A DNA stretch of 64,000 bases from Trypanosoma brucei (lineage: Eukaryota). The first letter of the stretch is position 1. The number at the start of each line of letters is the position of its first letter. Where the stretch lies: NCBI GenBank assembly GCA_000002445.1, contig CP000066.1, positions 1,344,001 through 1,408,000 on the forward strand. The letters are read 5' to 3'. Made by a program: the position numbers and the translations under genes. Below are positions 22,376 to 33,661 of this stretch, in pieces. The notes beneath the pieces were generated by a model. That model searched no databases and had not been told where the DNA came from. It saw only the letters and a program-made list of their open reading frames with translations.

Positions 22376-24288
22376 TTAATCCATACAGATACACACCTAA
22401 ACACTTTTAGTAGGTAGCAGGGCAACTTCAAAGAGTTAAGCACAAATAATATCCTATTTTATCGCAAGTAAGCGCATGTTCACGGCGGACCGGCTCTTGC
22501 CACACATGTGATGCAAAGCCTCTTCAACATAGGGAACAAAGACATTTCCCCTACCGCTACGTCCCCACCGCACTCAAATTGTCACAGAAACTGGCAAATA
22601 CATAGGCAATAGTCAAAGGGGGGAAAGATGGTGCCTATCGTAGGTCCCACGCAGCTATGCTTTCATGGGACCATTGGAAAAGGGGCTGACCGTTGTCACC
22701 ATCCACAAATCATGTGAAAGGAGGCGACAGACTATGTTGATATACCACAGTGCAAAGGGGGACTTGGCTCCGCCTTGTGCGGCAGCCGATAAAGAGTGGG
22801 AGCGCTTCTCCACAGATAGCGAACCACGAGAGCGCATATTCACCTCGTGAACTAAATCTTTCGTCTCGTAAGCTCCCCTTCTTTGTTACCCTGTGCGGCT
22901 CGGATAAGAGTTGTTACTGCCCTCCACTTACGTTTCCCTCCCGCACTGTGATACAGGTTGGAAAAAATTGACTCTGCCACAAGTGCGGTCAAAAAAACTG
23001 GCTTGAGGAACCCACATGCAGATATCGATCCACTAAAGGACCGTGCAGCCCCCCTGCGTTAAAGCCACGGTCTGCACGTCTCCACTGGACCGGCCTATGG
23101 CGCATGACCCAACTACGGAAAAGCAAAAGAAAAAATTGGCCAACTATCGAGAAACGAGCTCTTCCACATGCCCGCAGCGGGTCTACAACTCCACTACTTG
23201 TGGAAGGATCCTTTCCAGAGTGGAATCACATGCATATTGCCTAGTTGTTGCGGAAGCGCCGCGTCAGTACTCCAATCCCAACTCGTCAAAAACAAAGCGT
23301 ACGCACACCCACGAGCCCTTCGCCCCCATGAAGGCAAAATGGGCAAAACCACTATCGTTAGTTAGGTACCTGTGGTCCGTTTTCACCGTGCATCAACCTG
23401 TCAAACAATTGCAATGGGGCGAATTCCTGAAACCACCTTATGCTGAACAGTAGGTGACAGAGTTTTTTTGTCTGCAGCATCAAGTCGACGACAGGATACC
23501 AGCGGCCGTACAAAGTAGACATACTGCCGCTCTGAGTAAACACAGGCAAGCTTCTTTGACAGGGACACATCCAACAACCAATGGCATAGGGAAAAACGTA
23601 CCTCAATTCTCCCCATCTCTACGGCATTTTACGGTGATCCAACCAATCTAAGGTGTCGGGGAGAAGCTTAGAAGGCGCGAATAATAGTTTAGTAGTGAAG
23701 CCGTCGATGTTCACGTTGCGTCGCCAAACTGGAACAGCCGTCCACCAACACCGTAACAATTAAAAAAAAAGCAGTGAAAGTAGGCGTTTCGTCCTAATTT
23801 CCCACTACCTTACAGCAGTGCAAGAAGGGAAAAGGTGCCAGCACTGGCACAGAGTGGCACTTAGAAAATGTCCGCTGGCCCTTCCCTATGGCCGTTCACC
23901 TCTAACCTGATACGCTGCCAAGAACTAAAACATACAACCGCAAACCAAATTCTCTTATGGTACAGACAGTTGCTCGGGCCAACCACGTTGCCCTGGTTTT
24001 ATGTGTGCCCAGACATTTGCTATTGAAGTCAACGCAGAAGTGAAGCAAAGGAGCTTTGTAAGCTACAAAAGTGTGACACCTTACGGTCGATTATCTACGG
24101 TTCCATCAAAGTATGTAGCATATATAAGCATGGAAAGAAATAGGGTAATAGGCGTGCTTTGTGCCTGTCACCCATCCGTACGTCTTTGTGTGCGTAAGTA
24201 TATATTTTAAAAAAAATTGTGCCAGTACAAAAATAACAGGACAGCACACCCTTTAATATAAAGTGTACAAACATACAAACTTCATATA

Positions 24289-25407
24289 CTACAGAACACC
24301 TAGCATTTCCAATTTTATGTTCACTTCCTTTGCGACGTCTTCTTGGCTGCGCTTCAGGTCCTCTGTTTTCTTTGCATCATTGTTGATAAGGTGAGTCATA
24401 TGCTCTACGGCCATTTTGACATTTTTAACGGCCAGTTCTTCAGTACAGCCTTCAAAGAAGGGGTGTTTCAATAACTCGGCGGCTGATGGTCGTTCCTGTG
24501 GATCCCGAACGAGACATTTCTTGATGAAATCTCGGGCTTCTTCAGAGTACACCGGCTTTTCCGGTAAGGATGGGGTAGTTTCACCCGCTATTTTCCCTAG
24601 CAGCTGGAACAAGTTCATCTCATCTGGGGGAGCCCACGGGTTCTTCCCCGTCACCGTGGCGATCACTGTAAGACCCAGAGACCATATATCACTACTGAAG
24701 CTGTAAACGGTTTGCTCCAGGCGTTCGGGGGCCATAAAATACATTGTCCCTACGTAGGTTGAAGATACATCAAGCGTTTGCACCAGCTTCGAAACCCCAA
24801 AGTCACTAATCTTAACATATCCGTCGTCACGAATAAGCAGATTGCTTGGTTTTAGATCCCTATGAATAACGCGCTTTGTGTCATGGAGGTATACGAGACC
24901 AGATACAACCTGAAAAAAAATATCTCGCAATATGGTTTCCTCTATGCCCTCCCAGAAGTAGCTCATATCCTTTAGGGTGTAAGCCATCCACTCCATGGGT
25001 ATCACAATGGCACCTTCCTCCGAATCCCAAAACGCCCCCAGATTCTTCATGACAAAGGGGGAGTTGGACTGTGAACTGAAGAAGGATAATTCCCGATCTA
25101 CTTCATCTCGGTGTAACTTTGATGTTATTGGTATGTGCTTCAGCGCAACGGGGGTTCCGTCTTTAAGCCTCGCGAATCGAACGGTGCCGCTTGCGCCCCG
25201 GCCAATAATTCTGCGTGATGTGCAATCGATATCTTCTTTCGTCACACTCCCAAGTATTTTCCTCCCATCTGTAGTAAACATACCCGACTCATTAAGCAAG
25301 AATGCCCGCAACTGAAGGCAGTTATTATTCTTTATTTGATACGATTGCAAGTCATGCTGGGTTTTTTCCACTGCCACAAGATCTAACGCAATCCCCTTCC
25401 TTTTCAT
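24289..25407 (-). CDS. Mitogen-activated protein kinase kinase (STE7/MEK family).
   Basis: Kinase subdomains: GRGASGTV glycine loop, VALKHI, HRDLKPSNLLI, and the MEK-typical ISDFGVS activation-loop start with GTMYFMAPERL. The track start at 25473 is TTG; the first ATG (MKRKGIALDL) is at 25407. Confidence 0.85.
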   Translation of the reverse strand: MKRKGIALDLVAVEKTQHDLQSYQIKNNNCLQLRAFLLNESGMFTTDGRKILGSVTKEDIDCTSRRIIGRGASGTVRFARLKDGTPVALKHIPITSKLHRDEVDRELSFFSSQSNSPFVMKNLGAFWDSEEGAIVIPMEWMAYTLKDMSYFWEGIEETILRDIFFQVVSGLVYLHDTKRVIHRDLKPSNLLIRDDGYVKISDFGVSKLVQTLDVSSTYVGTMYFMAPERLEQTVYSFSSDIWSLGLTVIATVTGKNPWAPPDEMNLFQLLGKIAGETTPSLPEKPVYSEEARDFIKKCLVRDPQERPSAAELLKHPFFEGCTEELAVKNVKMAVEHMTHLINNDAKKTEDLKRSQEDVAKEVNIKLEMLGVL

Positions 25408-25723
25408 TTGGATTGGAATCCGTTCAGAGACACGCGCTGCGTAGTACGAGTTGGGCGCGCCAAGAGCAATCAACAGAGGGTTATTTTTACGACCTTACAC
25501 TAGTTTTTTTTGTTCAGAAAGAAAGTGGGTATGCCAGTTATGTAAGTCCGAAGTCTCTGAATATACAAAAAAAAACAGTATGTGCATAGATAAGGTGGAG
25601 ATTTTATTCATTTCACAATTACAAAAAAAACCATTAGAACTATGAAGAACTTAATGTGTGTAGACAGAACAGAAAAGTCGAGGGGGTGTGTAACAATATG
25701 TATACGTTAGGTAGGAAATTCTC

Positions 25724-26695
25724 CTACCATTGATCTTTAGGCGAAGGTATGGTATCGACGTGACCCTCGCCACTGCTGTAACCACCGTCCAACCCGAGGA
25801 AAACACTATCTCCCTGCGTGCCAGCGGTTGAAGCACACACCGCTGGATGCTTGTCTGACCTTTCGGTGGCTGAAGATCTTTTGTGAGTCTCGTTCACAGG
25901 TGCGGCCCAGTGCAGATGCTTGGACCGGCCACAAGTGGCACAAAGAGGCCTCCCCCATTGAGGTCTGAAACTACCACACACAACACCAATGTTATTTCTC
26001 TTTGGTGTCGCTTTCATTTTTTCTGCTTCCTGCCTAAAGCGGGAGACGGCGCTGTTCACAGCATCGAACGGTACACGTTGTTGACAGGAGGTCCGCGCGG
26101 CAAGCGCTGACGATGCGGACTCCACCGGGTTGTTGCGATGGCTACGTTCTCTTACCTGCTTCTTGGGCGTCCCGTCCCGAGATCCAGGGGCAGAATGGGG
26201 TCCGACACAATGGTCCACGTGATCTCGGCTGCCACGACGAGCCATCGACGATCTGTTCTGCACTCCGCTGTACGAAACCGCCCGCCTCAAACTTTTTACA
26301 GGCGGTGCAGCCTTCTCTCCAAACTTGATAACTTTGGGAGAAGGTAATGGACAGACCGTATGATGTAAGGAAGGCGTGATATCATTTACTCGATTTTTAC
26401 ATCGTGCAGTAAATGGCAGACCTTTGTTGCTAGTTTGTAAGGCCATAGGTCGTGGCCGAATGACCAAAGTGCCTTCATTTTTTCCTTGAAAAACGTTATG
26501 AAGTAGGAACCTGTTGGAGAGTACAGCGTCTTGATATTCTGCTTGAATCTCCGAAGGTTTCAAATTTCGCACTCGCAAAAATTCGGGTACTTTTAAAAGG
26601 ACATCAGATACGTCGGATGTTTCGTCCACTACAAGTTTAACCGCTTCATCATCGGTATGATGTGGTTCTCGCAACCACACTTTGACTACTCCCAT
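25724..26695 (-). CDS. Hypothetical protein with a Ser/Arg-rich C-terminal half.
   Basis: ORF on the PTU-consistent strand. The start is placed at MGVVKV (26695) because 26696-26760 on the coding strand is pyrimidine-rich. The track start at 26788 is TTG, followed by a G13 run. No recognisable domain. Confidence 0.4.
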   Translation of the reverse strand: MGVVKVWLREPHHTDDEAVKLVVDETSDVSDVLLKVPEFLRVRNLKPSEIQAEYQDAVLSNRFLLHNVFQGKNEGTLVIRPRPMALQTSNKGLPFTARCKNRVNDITPSLHHTVCPLPSPKVIKFGEKAAPPVKSLRRAVSYSGVQNRSSMARRGSRDHVDHCVGPHSAPGSRDGTPKKQVRERSHRNNPVESASSALAARTSCQQRVPFDAVNSAVSRFRQEAEKMKATPKRNNIGVVCGSFRPQWGRPLCATCGRSKHLHWAAPVNETHKRSSATERSDKHPAVCASTAGTQGDSVFLGLDGGYSSGEGHVDTIPSPKDQW

Positions 26696-26773
26696 TGTCG
26701 GTGTCGAAACTGCGAAGAAGGGGAAAAGGCGCGCCACAATAAATTTGAGTTGACTGAGCAGCATGCAACTACT

Positions 26774-26786
26774 CCCCCCCCCCCCC
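26774..26786 (+). repeat. C13 homopolymer (G13 on the transcribed strand) in the 5' flank of the 25724..26695 gene.
   Basis: Read directly: actccccccccccccc aagatg. Confidence 0.9.
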
Positions 26787-28190
26787 AAGATGCGGGGGTA
26801 TGCTCATCAAGAGGAGAGGTGGTGCAACAAGGCTATAAATGAAGGTGGATGACAATGATTTTTCTCCACGGCGAAGAGAAAGCTTGTATTAAAGAAAAAT
26901 TCTTTTGAAATTACAGACCCCTTCAATAAAACATTAATTTGCCGACTCCAGACACTCTTACAAAGGGGGGGGGACACGTGTAATGCTAAGGGATCAGATA
27001 TCGTGGGTACCTTACAGACGCACAGCCTCTTCATCCAATAAACCAATAACCATCCTCAACCACCTCAACACACAGTGCGACCGGAGTAGTGTTCCTCAGA
27101 AGCGTCGACACTTCACATATTTCTCCGCACAGCCACCCCAATATTAGGACTTCATTCTGTGTTTACTGCGGCAGTTCATCGCATGCCAGACGGGAATACC
27201 ACCACATATTCACATACTGTTACAACAAATCATTGATCCGTGCCCATGCTACATAATAATATATAAGAAAACTAGTTTGCTTCCCGTTAGTACGCACCTC
27301 CAAGCAAACGTTCAAAAAGAACGAAAACATTGGTCCATCTCCAACGCATTAGAGGAACAGATGAGGGCTTCGTATTGCCCTTCTGATTTCACAACCTTCT
27401 CATGGGAGAAATGCCGCGAGCTGTTGCCGGTCTCCTCAGATAAAAATACACAGATGTCGTTGATACTCCCCTCCTCAGCCCGAATTGTACGTTATAATAT
27501 GATTACCTATATAAGTGCCTAATGGTTACCGTAATTTGGGTGACAAACGCCATGAATCCTGTTACCGATGGACGCGTTGTAGTTAAACTCGAAAAAAAAA
27601 AACACTCACCAGAAGTATCCAAAATATTAAACACGATCACCATCGACATGTGGATCGCATCTTCATCCTTGTCAGGTCCCCCCAAACAAGCTCACAGATC
27701 CTGCGGTACTATAATTGTCTGAGTCGCGCTGATTTCTGCTGTTTTGGTATTACCGCGGTGAGGCCATCTCATAGTGTATCGCGCTTACAAGAGCGTTCCT
27801 TTGACACCCCGCTACTTTTTAAGCTGCCCCACGTGCCATCATGTCAAACTGTTTGACCGACGAGATTGTGCAGGCATTAGGACAAAAGAAATATAAAATG
27901 AACACAGGAACGGTGATTGTCGTTGCCAGCAGTAGTCTATCAAAAATAATAAAAGGCACGAGGAGACGTAGACAATCAGCGAAGAAATTGCAGGTGTATT
28001 TGAACTGAAACTCTGCTGAGGACTCATATGACTCCCTATCTTTCACGCAAGACATTAGCGGCCAAAGAGTTTCGCATGTTTTCTTATATTTACTCCTTAC
28101 GTTTTAGTATCACTCGTTCCCTCACCAAATAAGACTCAATGGAGTTTACCCGCTTCAACTATGCTAGTGTTTCATTCAGCCTTCACCATC

Positions 28191-28739
28191 TTATTCAAAG
28201 GCTAGAAGAGGGTTTTGGAACAGTTCATCAAATTCTGTCAGCGCGCGCTCGAGGAACTCTATGTCCTTGCACTCCGGAGAAAAAAACCTGAAGAGAGAAT
28301 CGGTTCGAGCCTTCTCGGTTCCAGGTTTCCATAGTATGGGTTGCAGAGAAAGTGTATTTACACTGGGATCAAGCTCACGGGAGAAGGTTCCCTCTTTCAC
28401 AAACATGTTCGGGCGAAAAGTCACCGACACGCAACGGCAGATAGACCCGTCCCTAACACTTGTCTTCACTCTAAAGTCTGTCAGAGCCCGTACAATTTTT
28501 GGATCAATTGTACCATTTAGTAACCCCATAAGGGGAGATTCCACTGCCACAAATGCACTGCCCCAAAACCCTTCTATTTTTTCCAGCTCGAGGTGCCGTT
28601 TATCGAAAAGTGGTTCAATCTTTGACCGGAAATCAATGCGCACTTGATTTGTAAATTCTTCGATTTCCTTTTCCACAGCTGTCACTTTCTCATTGCATTG
28701 AGTAACCGCATTAAGAACGTCCACCGGTATGGAGCTCAT
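28191..28739 (-). CDS. Nucleosome assembly protein (NAP/SET family) histone chaperone, short form.
   Basis: NAP-domain signature: EKIEGFWGSAFVAVESPLMGLL (compare IPGFW...HP.L), followed by VSVTFRPNMFVKEGTFSRELD (compare the F.F..N.YF.N..L.K block). The track start is GTG; the ATG MSSIPVDV is at 28739. Confidence 0.6.
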   Translation of the reverse strand: MSSIPVDVLNAVTQCNEKVTAVEKEIEEFTNQVRIDFRSKIEPLFDKRHLELEKIEGFWGSAFVAVESPLMGLLNGTIDPKIVRALTDFRVKTSVRDGSICRCVSVTFRPNMFVKEGTFSRELDPSVNTLSLQPILWKPGTEKARTDSLFRFFSPECKDIEFLERALTEFDELFQNPLLAFE

Positions 28740-28946
28740 CTTCACTTGTTGTGTTCTATATGACGCAATTGAGTTTCAAACGCAGAAGTCCACCAGGACG
28801 AAGAACAGGAAACAGCGAAGTAGAAGGAAGACAAAAAGTAATACGTCAAGTAGCAAAAGAAAATAATAAATTGACCACCACAAGTTCAGTAACCCTGAAC
28901 CTGCTCCAAAGGGGGGGGATCCGAGTGCAAAGATGTTACAAGCATT

Positions 28947-29561
28947 TCAAATCCTTTTCGCTAAAGCCACACCCAGAGAACACATTATACGAATGCCATT
29001 GTACAAAAGTGGGTACGCTGGTGCATTTTCTGCGCCATTTTGCTCCCCGAGCTCCTGGTGATGCAGTTCTTCATCCCTGAACCGAGCAACATACTCCATG
29101 ACTTCTGCCCAGTCCTTTTCATCCTTGCCTTTCGAAGCACCTTCCGACTCCTCGAGGGATTGTAGCTCCCTAAGCTGATCATTATAGTGCTGTGCTATTG
29201 TGACTTCAACAGCAGCATGGCAACACATTACTGCATCCTTTCCCAGAAGAGCGGTGCAACTACCCATCACAAAGGCGCCCACGTGAAACAGTGGATCTAG
29301 TAACGTCAAGCGCACCGAATGCTTACGAGCTAGGTGACCCATAACCTCTTCGTGAACGAGCTCATCCCTCAGTATCTCCTTGACAACTGGCACGCCACTA
29401 TCGAGGGGGGACATCCATAGCAACTGATACTTGCATATGCGCACCGCAGCCACTTCCCCAGCCTGGTCAACGCGCACAGCTTCATCGAGCTTTTGCCGCT
29501 TCGCCGCGCTTCTGAAAACACGAGCTGGGTTCTGAAGGTTAACCACCGATCTGCGTAACAT
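28947..29561 (-). CDS. COQ7: Ubiquinone biosynthesis di-iron monooxygenase COQ7 (5-demethoxyubiquinone hydroxylase).
   Basis: RVDQAGEVAAVRICKYQ, LLDPLFHVGAFVMG, AVEVTIAQHYNDQLREL and FRDEELHHQELG...APAYPLLYNGIRIMCSLGVALAKRI match the COQ7/CLK-1 di-iron carboxylate motifs (ExxH pairs). This is the first gene of the minus-strand PTU, adjacent to the strand-switch region. Confidence 0.85.
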   Translation of the reverse strand: MLRRSVVNLQNPARVFRSAAKRQKLDEAVRVDQAGEVAAVRICKYQLLWMSPLDSGVPVVKEILRDELVHEEVMGHLARKHSVRLTLLDPLFHVGAFVMGSCTALLGKDAVMCCHAAVEVTIAQHYNDQLRELQSLEESEGASKGKDEKDWAEVMEYVARFRDEELHHQELGEQNGAENAPAYPLLYNGIRIMCSLGVALAKRI

Positions 29562-32059
29562 ACCTAACTAGCTTCAAGGGAAGGCATTTAGCAAACAAAC
29601 AAACATACAAAAGGATATATTGCCTAAAATGGTCGCGCAGCGAATGAATTGCTGAGACAAAGACTCCCAAACTATACCCCCTCTGGGATCAAGTAGGAAA
29701 TGAACATACTGTGGGATACTCGCGTTGGATCCGCCTCCTGTGAACCAGTATTTTCCATACGAGATGGCTGCTTTAGCGAAAAACCGACGAAGCAGTTCAC
29801 ATGCGTACACGGAGATGCGCACGCCGAGGTCAACCCTGGCTGGCCCGCTCCAGAACCGACTCCCAGTGCTGCCGCTGCAGAGAAGAGGGGAGAACGGCGA
29901 TGAATTCAGCGTGAGAACCCAGTTTACAATACCGTGGTGGGGCTCCTCCTACGCTACTTTGCCCACAAAAGCAGCCACACTCAACGCCTCCAGGCACGTG
30001 GAGGAAAATAAAGAAAGGTAAGAATCTCTTCTAACCCGAGACGGTGGCTCCACAGACCCTCAGCCTACTTCTAGCAACCAACGCAGTCGAGGACGGTAAT
30101 GAGAGGGAGGAAGCAGCCCGTTCACAATCAGCTCCAGGAAGCAAGAAAGACCTCGTAACCGCTGCTCCGAGTCGGGTGCCCACACGGGCAAAACTCCGCG
30201 CACCCTTTCGGGCCTCGGCACAGACCCAGTGCGATTCCCCATCCCACCTCTCCCAAAAAGTCCACCAGTGCGCTGTGCTTTCCACCTGACCACAGTCGTC
30301 CTGTTGCCAATATAACCCATTTCTTAAGGGAAGCCCCGTCGTCCACAGTTAAAAAGACGGCGTGTGGTCGTAGCGCCATGGGACTCTCCATATCTGTGCC
30401 TGCTGCTGAAATGCTCGCCCCGGCGATTGCCGTCCCTACAGCAGGCTCGTCTATTCAGTGAAAAAGAGAGGGGAGTTGGCATGTTGCGTGTGTGTGTCGG
30501 GGCTCAGTGCCTTCGTTGCTCCTTTGGGATTTCAGTATCAGTTTTTTACTCTCAGCACGCGCGTCGGCCACGCATAGGCCGCCTTTCCCGTTGGGGCGGC
30601 GTTCGCGCCCTTCTTTGAACGGGGTCGGCTTTACCCCTTTATCGTTTCCGTTTTTTTTTTTTCGAGGCTTCCTCCAGCCATATGTTCTGAGGATGGGTGT
30701 TGGGTACAAACTTCGTTGAAGTACCTGCTTAAGGTTCCTATTTTTTAGTTGTTTATCCCCCAAGTGGGGGTTACCTCGTCTGCGCCTTTGCCTGTGTGGG
30801 GCGCGGAAGACGGGACGGCTTACGACGGAGAGAGGTGCTCCTTTACAGGGGTAGAACGTTGCCAAACTTTTACTGTTTAGCCAAATCTTTTTGGTATATA
30901 TTTTGAGTATTAATTACCCTTTGGAGTGTGCACGTGTTGTTTTCCTTCACTTATACGCGTGTTCCCCGACTTCCAACTGTTGTGCAAGTCTCTTCCTTGG
31001 TTATTAAAAAAACACTAGTGGTTACAAGTTGCTTTACCATATCCTTACCGGTTGTTTTATTAAGGTGGTTCCGTTCAATTATGCGCGTAAGATGACGTGA
31101 TGTATTTATGTAATACGCATAGGCTTGTGTAAATGTGGTTTTCCACAATTCCCACAAATGTGTTACTGTGGATAGTTGTTTTTGTTCCGTTACGCTTCTT
31201 TGTTTTTAGACTATCGCGCACGTCACGGTTTAGGTCGCTTCCACTGCTCTTGTTGTTGTTGCAACGTCCTCGGCTATCTTCTTTGTATTGATAAGTGCGC
31301 CCGTCCGTCATAGCTAACCTGGTTGTTGTTAAGGGTTGTCAAATCTACCTATGCTTAGTACTTTATGCATTTAGGATATGCGCAGAACTGAACTTACTTC
31401 GTTTTTGCTGCCTCATTTGCCGATTCAGCACAGATGGGATGCTTTGCGTCTGCTTCATGGGGTGTGGAGGTGACGGTTTTTAGGTAACAGCCGACCTGCG
31501 TTTCTTTGTACCACTCTTTGGAGGACGACACTCCCTTTTTTGTGTCGCTGGGAGAAAGCGAGTAGTCGGAAAAACGAATGGTTCGCATCAGCGGTTGTTT
31601 ACTTCTTCAGTTTTGTTGTTTGTCACCCCCGTTTATGTGGCTGTTCGTGCAGATTTGTGCTTGTGGTAACCTGTGGAATGGTGGGCAAATCAGTAAAATC
31701 GTAGCGGTTGAGCCGTTTTAGCGCACATTTGGTGATTTCTTATGAGCAGTTTATAATAGGGGGTAAAGAGTGTTTCTGCCCCTTACGTCATAGGGTGGTT
31801 GTGCCTGTGGCGATGGTGCAGGACGGAATATTCTAGGTAACTTCTGGTTGTTCCGTGCTGCTAACCATATGGGGGAAATGCATGTTTGATTCTCTTGTTG
31901 GTTGTATTTAACAGCAAGTGATAACTTTGTCTGTTTCTTGTCATCATTTTCGAAGGTGACTGTTCCACTGAAATGTGATATTTTGCCGCCGACTTCGCCC
32001 CTCTCGACACTTGCAAGCAGCAACAGCAGCAAAGAGTGATGTGAAGTGACCAGGAAGCT
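29562..32059. promoter_or_regulatory. Divergent strand-switch region between the two PTUs, the putative bidirectional RNA Pol II start region. It is GT-rich on the plus strand toward the plus-strand PTU.
   Basis: Coding strand polarity switches from minus (COQ7 start at 29561) to plus (IPT start at 32060). No credible ORF lies in between. From 30600 to 32000 the plus strand is strongly G/T-rich (gttgttgttgcaacg, ggttgttgttaagggttg, and similar). GT-rich elements are the known promoter class at trypanosome divergent strand-switch regions. Confidence 0.6.
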
Positions 32060-33436
32060 ATGAGGTCTATTTACTTTGTCATAGGCGCGACCGGCAGTGG
32101 TAAGTCACTAGCAGCAGTTCGAGTTGCTAAGACCCTTCAGCTCAGGTGTGGCTGTAACAATGTGGTAATATTGAACTGTGACGTTATGCAGTTTTACGCC
32201 GGTCTTCCCATTGTGACGAACAAGATATCATCGGAGGAAATGGATGGGATTCCTCACTGCTTTATGAGTTTCCTTTCTCCCGAGGGCAATAAAATTCGCG
32301 ACCCAACGTTGGCATTCGGAGGTTGTGACCGTGAAGCATTTTCTGAACAGGGTTGTAAGTCTGCAAATGATGCGTATAATATTCATTCATTCGTTCGCGA
32401 TGCTGTAAGTTATATCGAAAGCTTTTTGTCAACTCATTCTCCTGCAGCGGTGGTCGTTTGCGGTGGAACGTGCTATTACGTCCAGTCACTGCTTTTCGAC
32501 AATCTTTTAACTGTAGAAGATACTCATGTGTCGGGGTGTCTGGACACAACTGGCGGGTGCGCAGAACACACCGAATTGAATGATGGGAATTCTCTTTGGG
32601 ACCAACTGAAGGATATTGACCCGGACATTGCTGCTCGATACCATCCCAACGACATCAGACGGATTCGGCGCCTCGTCGACATATACAAAAGGACCAATAG
32701 GATACCATCCGATGTTTATAACTCCAGGGAGAAGCCGCGACTTCGATTTTGTCCCAGTACGTGCTTCATATTGTGGACACACATTGAACTTGAAAAGCTT
32801 AGGCCAAAACTCAACGCACGTATAGATGTGATGGTCGAAAAAGGGATCATTGAGGAATGCCGCAAATTTGCTCAGCGGCATAAAGAGGACGTTTTTACGC
32901 TACCCCTAGGGAAAGCCATAGGTTTTAAAGAAATTGTTTCGTCCTTTGACATGTCGGGAAGTGAAGTTCAACTAAAGGGCGAACGCGAAGTTTCAGAGTC
33001 GCTGGATCTTCTGAAAGTGAACACCAACCGATACGCACGGCAGCAGTGCCAGTGGATAAAAAACCGCTTTCTTGGTCGTCTTCGCGAGCTGTTTGCTACT
33101 GTAAATCTGGAGGAAAACTTTGTTGCAGTTGACGCCTCTGCGAGTCCTTCCGATTTTCTTCGGCAAGTTGAAGTTGCCGTTTTGTTTTTCACCAAACGGA
33201 CGTGCGACAATGTCGCTGGGTTGTTTTTTCCATTGAAAAAAGATGTGTCAATACCATCCCCGGTTCGGCACGAGTGGTGTGGCGTCTGCAACGTCTTTTA
33301 TACCGATGGGAGGGGGAGAATCTCACATCTGCATTCGAAACGACACAGGGGTGCCCTAAGGCACGAGGCGTTGGTGAAGGAGCAAGCTGAGAAGTTTGGT
33401 CGGATAATTCCTTCTAAGAGAGTTAAGCGGTCGTAA
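32060..33436 (+). CDS. tRNA dimethylallyl(isopentenyl)transferase (MiaA/Mod5 family) with a C-terminal C2H2-type zinc finger.
   Basis: P-loop VIGATGSGKSLAAVRVA, conserved DxxQ(F)Y(AG) region and the C-terminal zinc finger WCGVCNVFYTDGRGRISHLHSKRHRG typical of eukaryotic Mod5. Confidence 0.9.
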   Translation: MRSIYFVIGATGSGKSLAAVRVAKTLQLRCGCNNVVILNCDVMQFYAGLPIVTNKISSEEMDGIPHCFMSFLSPEGNKIRDPTLAFGGCDREAFSEQGCKSANDAYNIHSFVRDAVSYIESFLSTHSPAAVVVCGGTCYYVQSLLFDNLLTVEDTHVSGCLDTTGGCAEHTELNDGNSLWDQLKDIDPDIAARYHPNDIRRIRRLVDIYKRTNRIPSDVYNSREKPRLRFCPSTCFILWTHIELEKLRPKLNARIDVMVEKGIIEECRKFAQRHKEDVFTLPLGKAIGFKEIVSSFDMSGSEVQLKGEREVSESLDLLKVNTNRYARQQCQWIKNRFLGRLRELFATVNLEENFVAVDASASPSDFLRQVEVAVLFFTKRTCDNVAGLFFPLKKDVSIPSPVRHEWCGVCNVFYTDGRGRISHLHSKRHRGALRHEALVKEQAEKFGRIIPSKRVKRS

Positions 33437-33661
33437 GGTCTCATTTTGAACATTGATTAATAGTTTCCTGCGTCACCGGAATTTTGTTTTAAACATATTT
33501 TGATTTTTGTATTGGCCCCTTTAAGCTGAGGAGAACTTGTATCAGTGTTTGTCCCTTTTTTTTTTTACCACTCTAATTAGCTAAACGTGAGTAAGGAAAC
33601 CGAGTCGAATCTACACTAGCCATTTATTAAAGATAAAAAAGGAAACTTTAATAACGGAAAG

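Noticed and set aside
30455-30865. 136-aa highly basic ORF (minus strand) in the strand-switch region
   Set aside because: It is Arg/Lys/Pro-rich and low-complexity, starts at an alternative codon in the track, and lies in a GT-rich non-coding promoter-like region.
31005-31090. Possible tRNA (A-box-like tagtggtta and ggttccgttcaatt)
   Set aside because: There is no acceptor-stem complementarity, and the B-box does not match GGTTCGANTCC. It is most likely chance in a GT-rich region.
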